A stretch of DNA of 32,000 nucleotides from Acutalibacteraceae bacterium (GCA_045589395.1 JAZNOZ010000003.1:25576-57575), one strand, 5' to 3'; counted from the stretch's first letter, positions 9,739-16,407 are shown. Numbers and translations are program-made. The notes: generated from the letters alone by a model not told the origin.

Positions 9739-10365
9739 ATGAAAAGATTAATGGTTTATTCAAAACACAGCAACAACATAATATCAGGAAGCATTTACAC
9801 GCTAAAAGAAAACAGCAATATAATTTTATTATTTTCTTTATTTATATGCGGATTACTTATAGGATGCGGTATATTTAACTCATATGACAATAAAGACTCT
9901 GCAGTTTTCTCAAATATTATAAACACTCTTTTTATTCAGAACAGCAAAGGCTTAATATTTATAAATTCATTATTAAGCTCATTGATAGCCACACTGATAA
10001 CCTTCTGCGCAGGCTTATGCTGTGTAGGTTATCCCGTAATTTACAGCATTCCGTTAATAAAAGGTCTGTGTTACGGTATTGTTGCAAGTTTTATGTTGCA
10101 TACATATGCTATGCAAGGCTTCAGCTATTTTTCCGCTACCGTTCTGCCCGGAGCAATTATATCTGTTTGTTCAGTAATCTATGCCTGTAACACATCGTGC
10201 GTGATAACAAAAGCTCTTGCATTAAATGTTTTTGCAAACAGCAGAGAGGATATAAAAATAAAGGAATATCTGCTCAAATATCTGATTTTATTTGCTGTTA
10301 TGTTTATCGGCTGTGTAATTGATTATTTTACCGTAAGTCTTTTTTCTGAAATTTTCACCATTTAA
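9739..10365 (+). CDS. spoIIM: stage II sporulation protein M-like membrane protein
   Basis: 208 aa with about 5 TM segments. Size and architecture match SpoIIM (PF01944). Other sporulation genes (sigK, cwlD-like) are in the window. Confidence 0.6.
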   Translation: MKRLMVYSKHSNNIISGSIYTLKENSNIILLFSLFICGLLIGCGIFNSYDNKDSAVFSNIINTLFIQNSKGLIFINSLLSSLIATLITFCAGLCCVGYPVIYSIPLIKGLCYGIVASFMLHTYAMQGFSYFSATVLPGAIISVCSVIYACNTSCVITKALALNVFANSREDIKIKEYLLKYLILFAVMFIGCVIDYFTVSLFSEIFTI

Positions 10366-10374
10366 AACAATAGG

Positions 10375-10418
10375 GGAGTTGCGCCGACTGTCAGCGCAAC
10401 TCCTGATCATTTTTTTTT
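10375..10418 (+). terminator. GC-rich hairpin plus T-run after spoIIM, overlapping the 3' end of the convergent recombinase gene
   Basis: Stem GGAGTTGCGC (10375-10384) pairs with GCGCAACTCC (10394-10403), loop CGACTGTCA, then TGATCA and T9. See the findings for its resemblance to prophage motifs. Confidence 0.5.
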
Positions 10419-11392
10419 GTTGAATTATAATCCGCAAGAGGATTTGAATCAACAGCCTTTTTGAGCTGTTCGGATAACAAATGCGTATAAATCTGTGTTG
10501 TGTTAAGATTCTCATGTCCTAAAATTTCCTTAAGCTCAAGTACATCAACATTTCCGGTTTGATACATAAGCGTTGCAGCCGTATGGCGCAGCTTATGTAC
10601 AGAAAAACCAAAAGTGCCTAGTCCCGCCTTATCAAGATATGTTTCAACCAAATGCTGTACAGTCTTGGGGCTTATTCTTGTCAGTCTGTTAGATAAAAAC
10701 AAGGCTTTTCTGTCTTTAACTCCGTCTTTAGGACGCACTCGCATATAAGAGTTTATTGCCGCAACACAGGCATTATTTAGATATACTGTACGCTCCTTAT
10801 TACCTTTACCTGTAATTACAATAAATGCTGTATCTTCGCTTATAACAATTTTATCGTAATCCATTGAAACTAATTCAGCCAAACGCATACCGCAGTTAAG
10901 AAACAGTGTTATAATACAATAATCTCTTTCACGATTAGGTCCCGAAACAGAATCCAAAAGTTGCTTTGCCTGTTCAACAGTAAGATACTTCGGCTGGCTT
11001 TTCTTGAGCTTAGGGGAGTCAAGATTTATCATAGGATTATCCTGTATAAAGCCATTCATTTTAAGATACTTAAAAAATGTGCGTATTGATGAAACCTTTC
11101 TCGCACGGGCTTTTTCATGATTATTACGCTCATTCCTGCAATAAGACAAAAACTGATAAGCATCATTCAATGAAATACTTGCAAAAAAATCATCTTTGAT
11201 ACCGGAAATATCAATTTTATCAATATTATTAATATTAAGATTGTTTTTTGAACAGTATGTAAATCTGATAAACAATCTTAAATCAAGACAATATTCATCA
11301 ATGGTTAACTGAGATTTGTTTTTTATTGTTGATTGATAATTCAAAAACCGAACAACAACCTCAGGCATACCGAATAAATAATCGTTTGGCAT
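10391..11392 (-). CDS. Xer-like tyrosine site-specific recombinase (XerC/XerD family)
   Basis: 333 aa. N-terminal SAM-like region has LTIDEYCLDLRLFIRF...RKVSSIRTFFKYL. The catalytic region has NCGMRLAELV (Arg), HKLRHTAATLMY (His-x-x-Arg) and LGHENLNTTQIYTH (His/Tyr). It strongly resembles the conserved roughly 330-aa XerC-type proteins of Clostridia, from memory. Confidence 0.9.
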   Translation of the reverse strand: MPNDYLFGMPEVVVRFLNYQSTIKNKSQLTIDEYCLDLRLFIRFTYCSKNNLNINNIDKIDISGIKDDFFASISLNDAYQFLSYCRNERNNHEKARARKVSSIRTFFKYLKMNGFIQDNPMINLDSPKLKKSQPKYLTVEQAKQLLDSVSGPNRERDYCIITLFLNCGMRLAELVSMDYDKIVISEDTAFIVITGKGNKERTVYLNNACVAAINSYMRVRPKDGVKDRKALFLSNRLTRISPKTVQHLVETYLDKAGLGTFGFSVHKLRHTAATLMYQTGNVDVLELKEILGHENLNTTQIYTHLLSEQLKKAVDSNPLADYNSTKKNDQELR

Positions 11393-11425
11393 AAGAATAG
11401 TTCAATACAATCATAAAAAAATCCA

Positions 11426-11445
11426 TTAGTTACATTTAGTTACAT
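11426..11445. repeat. perfect tandem 10-bp repeat TTAGTTACAT x2 upstream of the recombinase start
   Basis: Read directly at 11426-11435 and 11436-11445, 34-53 bp from the start codon at 11392. Confidence 0.8.
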
Positions 11446-11530
11446 TCAATCGAATCAGAGCTGCGACGGTTAATTCTTTGATTTAGGGAAGTTGCACAAA
11501 AAAACATTGATAATTATACAAAATAAATAT
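11441..11530 (+). repeat. left copy of the prophage-flanking direct repeat (attL region): a 52-bp core plus a 38-bp degenerate extension
   Basis: 11479-11530 versus 18144-18195 is 49/52 identical, with mismatches CAT versus TGC at 11505-11507. 11441-11478 versus 18106-18143 aligns without gaps at 28/38. Confidence 0.9.
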
Positions 11531-11540
11531 GTGATAATAA
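11513..11540 (+). other. hybrid dif-like recombination site (attL): conserved left arm and central region with a divergent right arm
   Basis: ATTATACAAAA (11513-11523), TAAATA (11524-11529), TGTGATAATAA (11530-11540). Identity with the right-hand copy stops 1 nt after the central hexamer. Confidence 0.5.
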
Positions 11541-11705
11541 CTTCCTTATGCTAGTTTTACAAAACCTTTCTTAATGTTATATTAATTGAAATTCTATGAA
11601 ATTGTATTGATATAAATCCTTTCTTAATATTTTACTATGAATTATACAAAATAATCAATGAAAAATCAATAGGTAGGGAAGCGAGCTGTTTGGCTCCTGA
11701 ACGAA

Positions 11706-11745
11706 CAACAACACTCACACAAGAAACCTTGTGTGAGTGTTGTTG
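11706..11745 (-). terminator. 18-bp perfect stem-loop ending the leftward (repressor) transcription unit
   Basis: CAACAACACTCACACAAG (11706-11723), loop AAAC, CTTGTGTGAGTGTTGTTG (11728-11745). It lies downstream of the 45-aa ORF on the minus strand. There is no clear U-run, so it could instead be a processing, packaging or minus-origin hairpin. Confidence 0.45.
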
Positions 11746-11786
11746 CTTATGCAGCGCAGTAACTTACTGTCTGCAGGAACTTGTTT

Positions 11787-11924
11787 TTATTCTTCAGAAG
11801 AGAATAGTCCTTTAGCTAAATTTATTATTGTTTCAATCAATCCGGAGAAAAATGTTATAGCTGCTTCTCCTAGTGTTTTTATTGTTTCCCAAAAATTAGA
11901 TAATGCTTCTATACACAATTTCAT
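11787..11924 (-). CDS. 45-aa acidic amphipathic peptide co-transcribed with the repressor (unknown function)
   Basis: Below the ORF-track cutoff. ATG 11924 lies 2 nt after the repressor stop, with AAGGAGA 6 nt upstream. Translation is MKLCIEALSNFWETIKTLGEAAITFFSGLIETIINLAKGLFSSEE. Confidence 0.5.
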   Translation of the reverse strand: MKLCIEALSNFWETIKTLGEAAITFFSGLIETIINLAKGLFSSEE

Positions 11925-11926
11925 TT

Positions 11927-12163
11927 TTATTCTCCTTGCTTATAAGGTCTTTTGTCATTTGTAAGTCCTACAATGTAATCTATTGATGTGTTATAGAACT
12001 TTGCAAGTGTTATTAGATGTCTTATAGGTATTTCTCTTATTCCATTTTCGTATCTGTAATATTGTTGTTGTGTTGTTTTTAATTCCATTGCAATTTCTAA
12101 TTGTTTTTTGTCTGAATCTTCTCTTAATTCTTTTATTCTTCTGTAATATTTATCATTTTCCAT
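11927..12163 (-). CDS. XRE-family helix-turn-helix transcriptional regulator (phage repressor-like)
   Basis: Carries the HTH_3 signature KQLEIAMELKTTQQQYYRYENGIREIPIRHLITLAKFYNTSIDYIVG. I prefer ATG 12163 (GAGGTG 6 nt upstream, 78 aa) to the track's GTG at 12172. Confidence 0.85.
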   Translation of the reverse strand: MENDKYYRRIKELREDSDKKQLEIAMELKTTQQQYYRYENGIREIPIRHLITLAKFYNTSIDYIVGLTNDKRPYKQGE

Positions 12164-12191
12164 ATTTATCACCTCTTATATAATAAAAAAA

Positions 12192-12251
12192 TCCGTTCGG
12201 ATGTATTGACTTTAAAACCGAACGGATGTATTATTTATTTGTGATACATCC
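12192..12251. promoter_or_regulatory. divergent promoter/operator region of the prophage: three GGATGTAT sites and a rightward sigma-A-like promoter
   Basis: GGATGTAT occurs at 12199-12206 and 12224-12231 (direct) and at 12244-12251 (inverted, ATACATCC). The 9-bp inverted repeat TCCGTTCGG (12192-12200) pairs with CCGAACGGA (12218-12226). The promoter is TTGACT (12206-12211), 17-nt spacer, TATTAT (12229-12234), and it overlaps the sites. Confidence 0.55.
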
Positions 12252-12316
12252 ATTTGGACTTGTCACTATATTAAAAATAGAGGTGTGAAAATTATTTTCA
12301 TATTAAGTAAAATTAT

Positions 12317-12472
12317 ATGTCTGATATAGTATCTTTTGATTCATTTTTTAGTTTATTTTTGACTGGTTTTATTGTTTTCGTGCTTGTACCTTTTTTATTG
12401 TTTTTGTATTTACCGTATGTAGATTTTATTAGTTCGTTTATTAAAAAATTAATTAAATATTTTAGAAAGTAG
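12317..12472 (+). CDS. possible 51-aa single-pass membrane protein in the rightward leader (uncertain)
   Basis: Translation is MSDIVSFDSFFSLFLTGFIVFVLVPFLLFLYLPYVDFISSFIKKLIKYFRK. It is hydrophobic with a basic tail, but no Shine-Dalgarno is recognisable and the region is very AT-rich. Confidence 0.25.
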   Translation: MSDIVSFDSFFSLFLTGFIVFVLVPFLLFLYLPYVDFISSFIKKLIKYFRK

Positions 12473-12481
12473 GTTTTTTGT

Positions 12482-12772
12482 ATGAAGTATGAAGTTATAG
12501 GTAGAGAAAAAATTACATTTAAGGACAAGGTAGCCTCTGCAGCTCAGGGTAAAGATGTTCACTCGTATTTTATTAAGCTGCATTGTGTTAACGCTCCTGC
12601 ACGAGCTGATGCGGAACGCGTAGAAGGTCGCCAGGTCGAAAGCTTCAGCTTTGGCGTTGACAACGGGCTTCTGAAAGATGTAGAAGCTCTTCCGATTCCG
12701 TGCAGAATTGATGCAGAAGTTCGTCGTAATGGCAGATATGTTAATGTTGCCGATTTTGATTTAATTGAATAA
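12482..12772 (+). CDS. 96-aa protein, candidate ssDNA-binding protein (gV-like by size and position)
   Basis: First gene of the rightward operon, with size similar to Ff gV. It is visibly richer in G+C than its neighbours. It is followed by stem ATAACGCA (12776-12783) pairing with TGCGTTAT (12795-12802). Function is inferred from position only. Confidence 0.7.
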   Translation: MKYEVIGREKITFKDKVASAAQGKDVHSYFIKLHCVNAPARADAERVEGRQVESFSFGVDNGLLKDVEALPIPCRIDAEVRRNGRYVNVADFDLIE

Positions 12773-12829
12773 GGTATAACGCATCTTCACACCGTGCGTT
12801 ATATATATACAGGAAGGTAGGGAAGTGCT

Positions 12830-14008
12830 ATGTTTCGTAAATCTGTCGCATTAATCATGATAGTAGTTTGTACACTTGTCTGCTTTCCTGTTTCTTCTTT
12901 GGCAGCGGAATCAGACTTACAGAGTGATTTTGATAATGGTTTGATTACTCTTCAGACCTCATTCACTTATTATCGTACGGGTGTTGGTTATTCAGCTGTT
13001 AAGAATTTAGATGTTAATCAGAACAATGTTTCTGTTGATACTTCTTATACTTATAATTTGATTAATATGTCCTCATTAAATCCTAATTTGCGATTTGGTC
13101 ATCGTTTTCATTTAACTTATGCAAATAATCGTGTTTTTATACCTCAAGGTAGTACTCTTACTTTTTCTATTCGTAAGTTAGTTAGTGCTATATATCTTGG
13201 TCCTGTTGATGAATTCGGTGCTGATTTGAATAAATTTTATTATTTGGATTTGGGTAAGTTAACCGGGTATTTTCTTTATTTCTATGATGCTGACGGCAAA
13301 GCACATACTGTTGATACAAGCATGTATGAGATTTTCTTTGTTTCTGATCAAGCTGCTATTACTATCAGATTTAAAAGTGATATATATGAGCTTGATGTAT
13401 ATCAGCTTCGTTTATTTTTAAATTTTGGTATTGATGCTTTTTATAATGTCGGTGACGGTTCTTATTTATCTGAAGCTGTTCTTTCTCAATATAGCTCTTT
13501 TTCCGGTATGTTCGGTTATGCTCCGTTGGATTTTGAAATTCGCACTGATGATGAAGTTGTTAAGGGTTTGCTTTCCAGCATTATTGATTCTATTAAAAAA
13601 CTTCCGTTACTTATAAAATCTGCATTTTCTTCTTTATTTGAAAATTTAACTTCTTCTGTTTCCGGTTTTTTTGATAGCTTAAAAAATAAGCTTACTGATT
13701 TATTCAGCGTTTTTACCGAGGAGCAGACTACATATGCTCCGATTGATGAAGGTGAGCTGCCGTCTGATTATCAAGCAGCTGAAGATGAAGCCTTTGATGC
13801 TGCAGGTGTTGGTGATTTAGATTCAAATATTGATTCTGCATTTAAGGATGCTAATTCTGTTTTCAGTAACAATAATGCTTATGCTTTCATAAGTGGCAGC
13901 ATGGAACAAATTGTATTTGGTAATGTTAAAATAAGCGGTTTGGTGATATTCTCACTTGCTATGGGTTTATGTGTACTTGTCTTAGGAAGGAAGCTGAACA
14001 GTGCTTGA
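12830..14008 (+). CDS. secreted, C-terminally membrane-anchored protein; candidate adsorption/minor coat protein (pIII-like)
   Basis: 392 aa. Signal peptide is ...CFPVSSLAAESD, and the C-terminal TM plus basic tail is ISGLVIFSLAMGLCVLVLGRKLNSA. GGAAGG lies upstream of the ATG. Confidence 0.8.
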   Translation: MFRKSVALIMIVVCTLVCFPVSSLAAESDLQSDFDNGLITLQTSFTYYRTGVGYSAVKNLDVNQNNVSVDTSYTYNLINMSSLNPNLRFGHRFHLTYANNRVFIPQGSTLTFSIRKLVSAIYLGPVDEFGADLNKFYYLDLGKLTGYFLYFYDADGKAHTVDTSMYEIFFVSDQAAITIRFKSDIYELDVYQLRLFLNFGIDAFYNVGDGSYLSEAVLSQYSSFSGMFGYAPLDFEIRTDDEVVKGLLSSIIDSIKKLPLLIKSAFSSLFENLTSSVSGFFDSLKNKLTDLFSVFTEEQTTYAPIDEGELPSDYQAAEDEAFDAAGVGDLDSNIDSAFKDANSVFSNNNAYAFISGSMEQIVFGNVKISGLVIFSLAMGLCVLVLGRKLNSA

Positions 14009-14237
14009 TTCGATTATAAATGGCTTTAATTGGCTTGTAGATACAGCTCAGAGCATTATCAATTTTGTAATGTCTCTTTTTGAGGGTTTCGTTTCGATGA
14101 TTCGTATGATTCCTCAGATTGTTACTATGGTAACCGGTGCTATAGGATATTTGCCGAGTGTTCTTGCAGTTTTTGCTACTTTAACAATTACCGTTTCTGT
14201 TTTATATCTTATACTCGGTAGAAATACGGGAGGATGA
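14001..14237 (+). CDS. 78-aa two-TM membrane protein (pVI-like minor coat/assembly candidate)
   Basis: GTG 14001 overlaps the upstream stop by 8 nt, and GGAAGGAAG is upstream. The protein is hydrophobic throughout. Confidence 0.65.
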   Translation: MLDSIINGFNWLVDTAQSIINFVMSLFEGFVSMIRMIPQIVTMVTGAIGYLPSVLAVFATLTITVSVLYLILGRNTGG

Positions 14238-14241
14238 ATTA

Positions 14242-14583
14242 ATGAATGTTGATATGTCTTCTTCTTTTTCTGCTATGTTTTCTTTTTTGATTGATATCTT
14301 CAGAAGTGTTATTTCTTGGCTTGACGGTATCATCGTTTTTAACGGTTTTTCTGTGTTGGATTTGAATATAGCTTTTACTGTATTCGGCATCATTTTTACT
14401 GTTGTTTTCTCTGTGGTTCGTTCCGGTGCTGTTAATTCGGTTGATACTGTTGCTGATTCCCGAGCAGCTTCGAAGCGTGCAAAATCTGAAGAAGAACGAT
14501 ATCAGAGGCGGAGAGATGAAAATCGTAAATATAATGCAGCTCGTGAGCTTGACCGTGAACATTCGCGGCGTTCTAAGGGGTAA
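14242..14583 (+). CDS. 113-aa membrane protein with a highly charged C-terminal tail
   Basis: GGGAGGA lies 7 nt upstream. Two N-terminal TM helices are followed by SKRAKSEEERYQRRRDENRKYNAARELDREHSRRSKG. Confidence 0.7.
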   Translation: MNVDMSSSFSAMFSFLIDIFRSVISWLDGIIVFNGFSVLDLNIAFTVFGIIFTVVFSVVRSGAVNSVDTVADSRAASKRAKSEEERYQRRRDENRKYNAARELDREHSRRSKG

Positions 14584-14586
14584 TTT

Positions 14587-15078
14587 ATGAAACTCAAATC
14601 AATTTTAACTGTTTTTCTTGTTGTTTGTGGTGTGATGTTCTCCTGCATCAGCGCAGGAGCTGCTACATATACACCATATGGCGGTATTACAGATTTATCC
14701 AGTCAGGCTAACATTTTGTATGACTATTACCGTAATCTTGATACATTTGATTACAATGATGAATTTTTAATAATGCGCTCCGGGCAATATGAATATTATT
14801 TGTTTTATTCAGATTCTCTTTTTGATACAGTTGTAAATTACATTTCATATACTTCCGGTGGGCAGTACAACAGCACATATGTAATTAATCTCGGTGTAGA
14901 TTCTAATTTTAAGTATAACCTTAATGAATATACAGTTGTTGGTAATATTCCCGGTACAGGAGCTTATGCAGAGCATTACAGCTCGTATCATCAATTTATA
15001 ATTCAGATAGCTGTTTTTGTTTTTCTTGTGTTCTTTATTTTCTTTATTTTCAGATCTCATTTTAAGGAGTTGACATAA
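14587..15078 (+). CDS. 163-aa secreted, C-terminally anchored protein (second virion/assembly candidate)
   Basis: Signal peptide is ...CISAGAATYTP, and the C-terminal TM is FIIQIAVFVFLVFFIFFIF followed by RSHFKELT. AAGGGG lies upstream. Confidence 0.75.
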   Translation: MKLKSILTVFLVVCGVMFSCISAGAATYTPYGGITDLSSQANILYDYYRNLDTFDYNDEFLIMRSGQYEYYLFYSDSLFDTVVNYISYTSGGQYNSTYVINLGVDSNFKYNLNEYTVVGNIPGTGAYAEHYSSYHQFIIQIAVFVFLVFFIFFIFRSHFKELT

Positions 15079-15236
15079 TGTCAGTTTTTCAATTTTTCTC
15101 GGATTGGCTCGGAGCTCCTGCCGGCTTTGATTACATAATAGTCACCATTGCCGGTGCTGCAGGTCTGATAATTCTTGATAACATTCTTCGTGCTATTTTC
15201 GGTATTATTTCTTCGCTTTTCAAAAAGTGGAGGTAA
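15078..15236 (+). CDS. 52-aa hydrophobic protein (pVII/pIX-like small virion cap or assembly protein)
   Basis: Below the track cutoff. There is a TAATG stop/start overlap with the upstream gene and AAGGAG 8 nt upstream. Translation is MSVFQFFSDWLGAPAGFDYIIVTIAGAAGLIILDNILRAIFGIISSLFKKWR. Confidence 0.6.
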   Translation: MSVFQFFSDWLGAPAGFDYIIVTIAGAAGLIILDNILRAIFGIISSLFKKWR

Positions 15237-15239
15237 TGT

Positions 15240-15368
15240 ATGATAGATGTTTTTATTTCCTTTTTAAGCGGAATCGGACAAGTTGAGTATGTTCCGCATA
15301 TGTTTGTTGCTATAGCCGTTCTCGGCTTGGTGAATATCATTAAGCGCGTAATAATGATGAATTTCTGA
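15240..15368 (+). CDS. 42-aa hydrophobic protein (pVII/pIX-like)
   Basis: Below the track cutoff. GGAGG lies 6 nt upstream of ATG 15240. Translation is MIDVFISFLSGIGQVEYVPHMFVAIAVLGLVNIIKRVIMMNF. Confidence 0.55.
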   Translation: MIDVFISFLSGIGQVEYVPHMFVAIAVLGLVNIIKRVIMMNF

Positions 15369-15386
15369 GGAAGGAGGATATTACAA

Positions 15387-15704
15387 TTGAATACTAATGA
15401 TGTTGTTGTTCAGGAAGTTCCTGAAAAGAAGCGTTCTTTAAAAAAGGTCGTTCTTATGTTCTGCGCGGTAGTTAGTGCTATGTTTTCTACTATTTTCAGC
15501 GCATCTGCAGCAACTCCGGATATGATCCCTTTAACTGCAGCCGGTGATGATCTTTCTAATTTGGGTACCGTTTTTACTCAGATTACATCATGGGTTACTT
15601 CTATAGTTTCTACTATAACTGCAAGTCCCGTGCTGCTTATCGGCCTCGGTATATTCGTTGTTGGTGCTATTATCGGCCTTGCATATCGTCTTATTCGTGG
15701 TTAA
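15387..15704 (+). CDS. major coat protein precursor (pVIII-like)
   Basis: Basic n-region KKRSLKK, an h-region and an AXA site SASA/A. The predicted mature peptide of about 64 aa has an acidic N-terminus (ATPDMIPLTAAGDD), one TM helix (VLLIGLGIFVVGAIIGLA) and a basic C-terminus (YRLIRG). TTG start has GGAGG 10 nt upstream; an internal ATG start (MFCAVV...) is possible. Confidence 0.75.
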   Translation: MNTNDVVVQEVPEKKRSLKKVVLMFCAVVSAMFSTIFSASAATPDMIPLTAAGDDLSNLGTVFTQITSWVTSIVSTITASPVLLIGLGIFVVGAIIGLAYRLIRG

Positions 15705-15765
15705 ATTTCTAAAAAAGGGGTGTTCCGTTTATAGGTGCGCCCTTTTTTTCTTGTGAGGTGTTTTT

Positions 15766-16407
15766 ATGATAACAACTTATTTTGGTGTTCCCGGATGCGG
15801 TAAGACTACTTTTGCTGTTCGTGAAGCTCAAAAGGAGCTTCGTAGGCTTAGAAAAGGGAAGTCAGCATATAAACATGTATTGACTAATTTTTATTGCAAA
15901 GATTGTGAGCAAATTCAATTAGATTGGCTTGATGATAAGAAAGCTTGTTTTTCTAAGATTTTAATTGATGAAGCTTCTGTACATGCTGATTCTCGTGATC
16001 ATAAATCTTTTCCAAAAGGATTGGTGCATTATAATGTAATGCATCGTCATGTTTATTGTGATATGAGTTTTTATACTCAAGACTATTCTCGTATTGATAA
16101 GACAATTCGTAATTTAACTTTTGATTTATGGTATGTTACTAAGCCTGTTATTCCTTTTTTTAATCGCTTTTCTGTAGCTCGCCGTATATTCAGAAATGTT
16201 ACTATCAATGAATTTACATCAGAGCTTGTTATGGGCTATCGTTTTTCTAAGTTTCTTGAGCGTATTTTTTGTCCTACTATGAAAATAATTTATCGACCTC
16301 GCTGGTATAAGTACTTTGATTCTTTTGAAGAGGGGGTTCTTGGTAACCGTGAAGAGATTGAGTATATTTCCTGGGAGAATGTTTTACCGCCTCCCGAGGT
16401 TCTTTAA
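15766..16407 (+). CDS. Zot / pI-like P-loop morphogenesis ATPase (short form, no TM segment)
   Basis: Walker A is GVPGCGKT at residues 7-14 and Walker B is ILIDEA. HRHVYCDMSFYTQDYSRIDKTIRNL matches the Zot-family ..hRH.g.Dii.itQ....id..iR block. GAGGTG lies 5 nt upstream. Confidence 0.8.
   Translation: MITTYFGVPGCGKTTFAVREAQKELRRLRKGKSAYKHVLTNFYCKDCEQIQLDWLDDKKACFSKILIDEASVHADSRDHKSFPKGLVHYNVMHRHVYCDMSFYTQDYSRIDKTIRNLTFDLWYVTKPVIPFFNRFSVARRIFRNVTINEFTSELVMGYRFSKFLERIFCPTMKIIYRPRWYKYFDSFEEGVLGNREEIEYISWENVLPPPEVL

Noticed and set aside
10391-11392. Recombinase as the phage's own integrase inside the element
   Set aside because: This is not favoured, because the gene lies outside the 52-bp repeats, shares a convergent terminator with spoIIM and looks like the conserved clostridial XerC type. 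It is not excluded (see the finding at 10371-10403).
11737-11964. 75-aa + strand ORF
   Set aside because: It starts inside the 18-bp hairpin, lacks an RBS, and is antisense to the better-supported 45-aa ORF and the repressor 3' end.
12313-12528. 71-aa minus-strand ORF in the prophage leader
   Set aside because: It is a Lys/Asn-rich product of AT-rich DNA, overlaps the start of the 96-aa gene, and points against the operon.
14202-14562. Minus-strand ORFs 14202-14393 and 14239-14562, and the + ORF 14402-14590
   Set aside because: They are antisense or out of frame relative to a chain of translationally coupled + strand genes that each have a good RBS.
15712-15750. Terminator after the coat gene
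   Set aside because: Only the A6GGG / CCCT7 ends can pair around a roughly 20-nt loop, which is too weak to call. Read-through into the ATPase gene seems likely.
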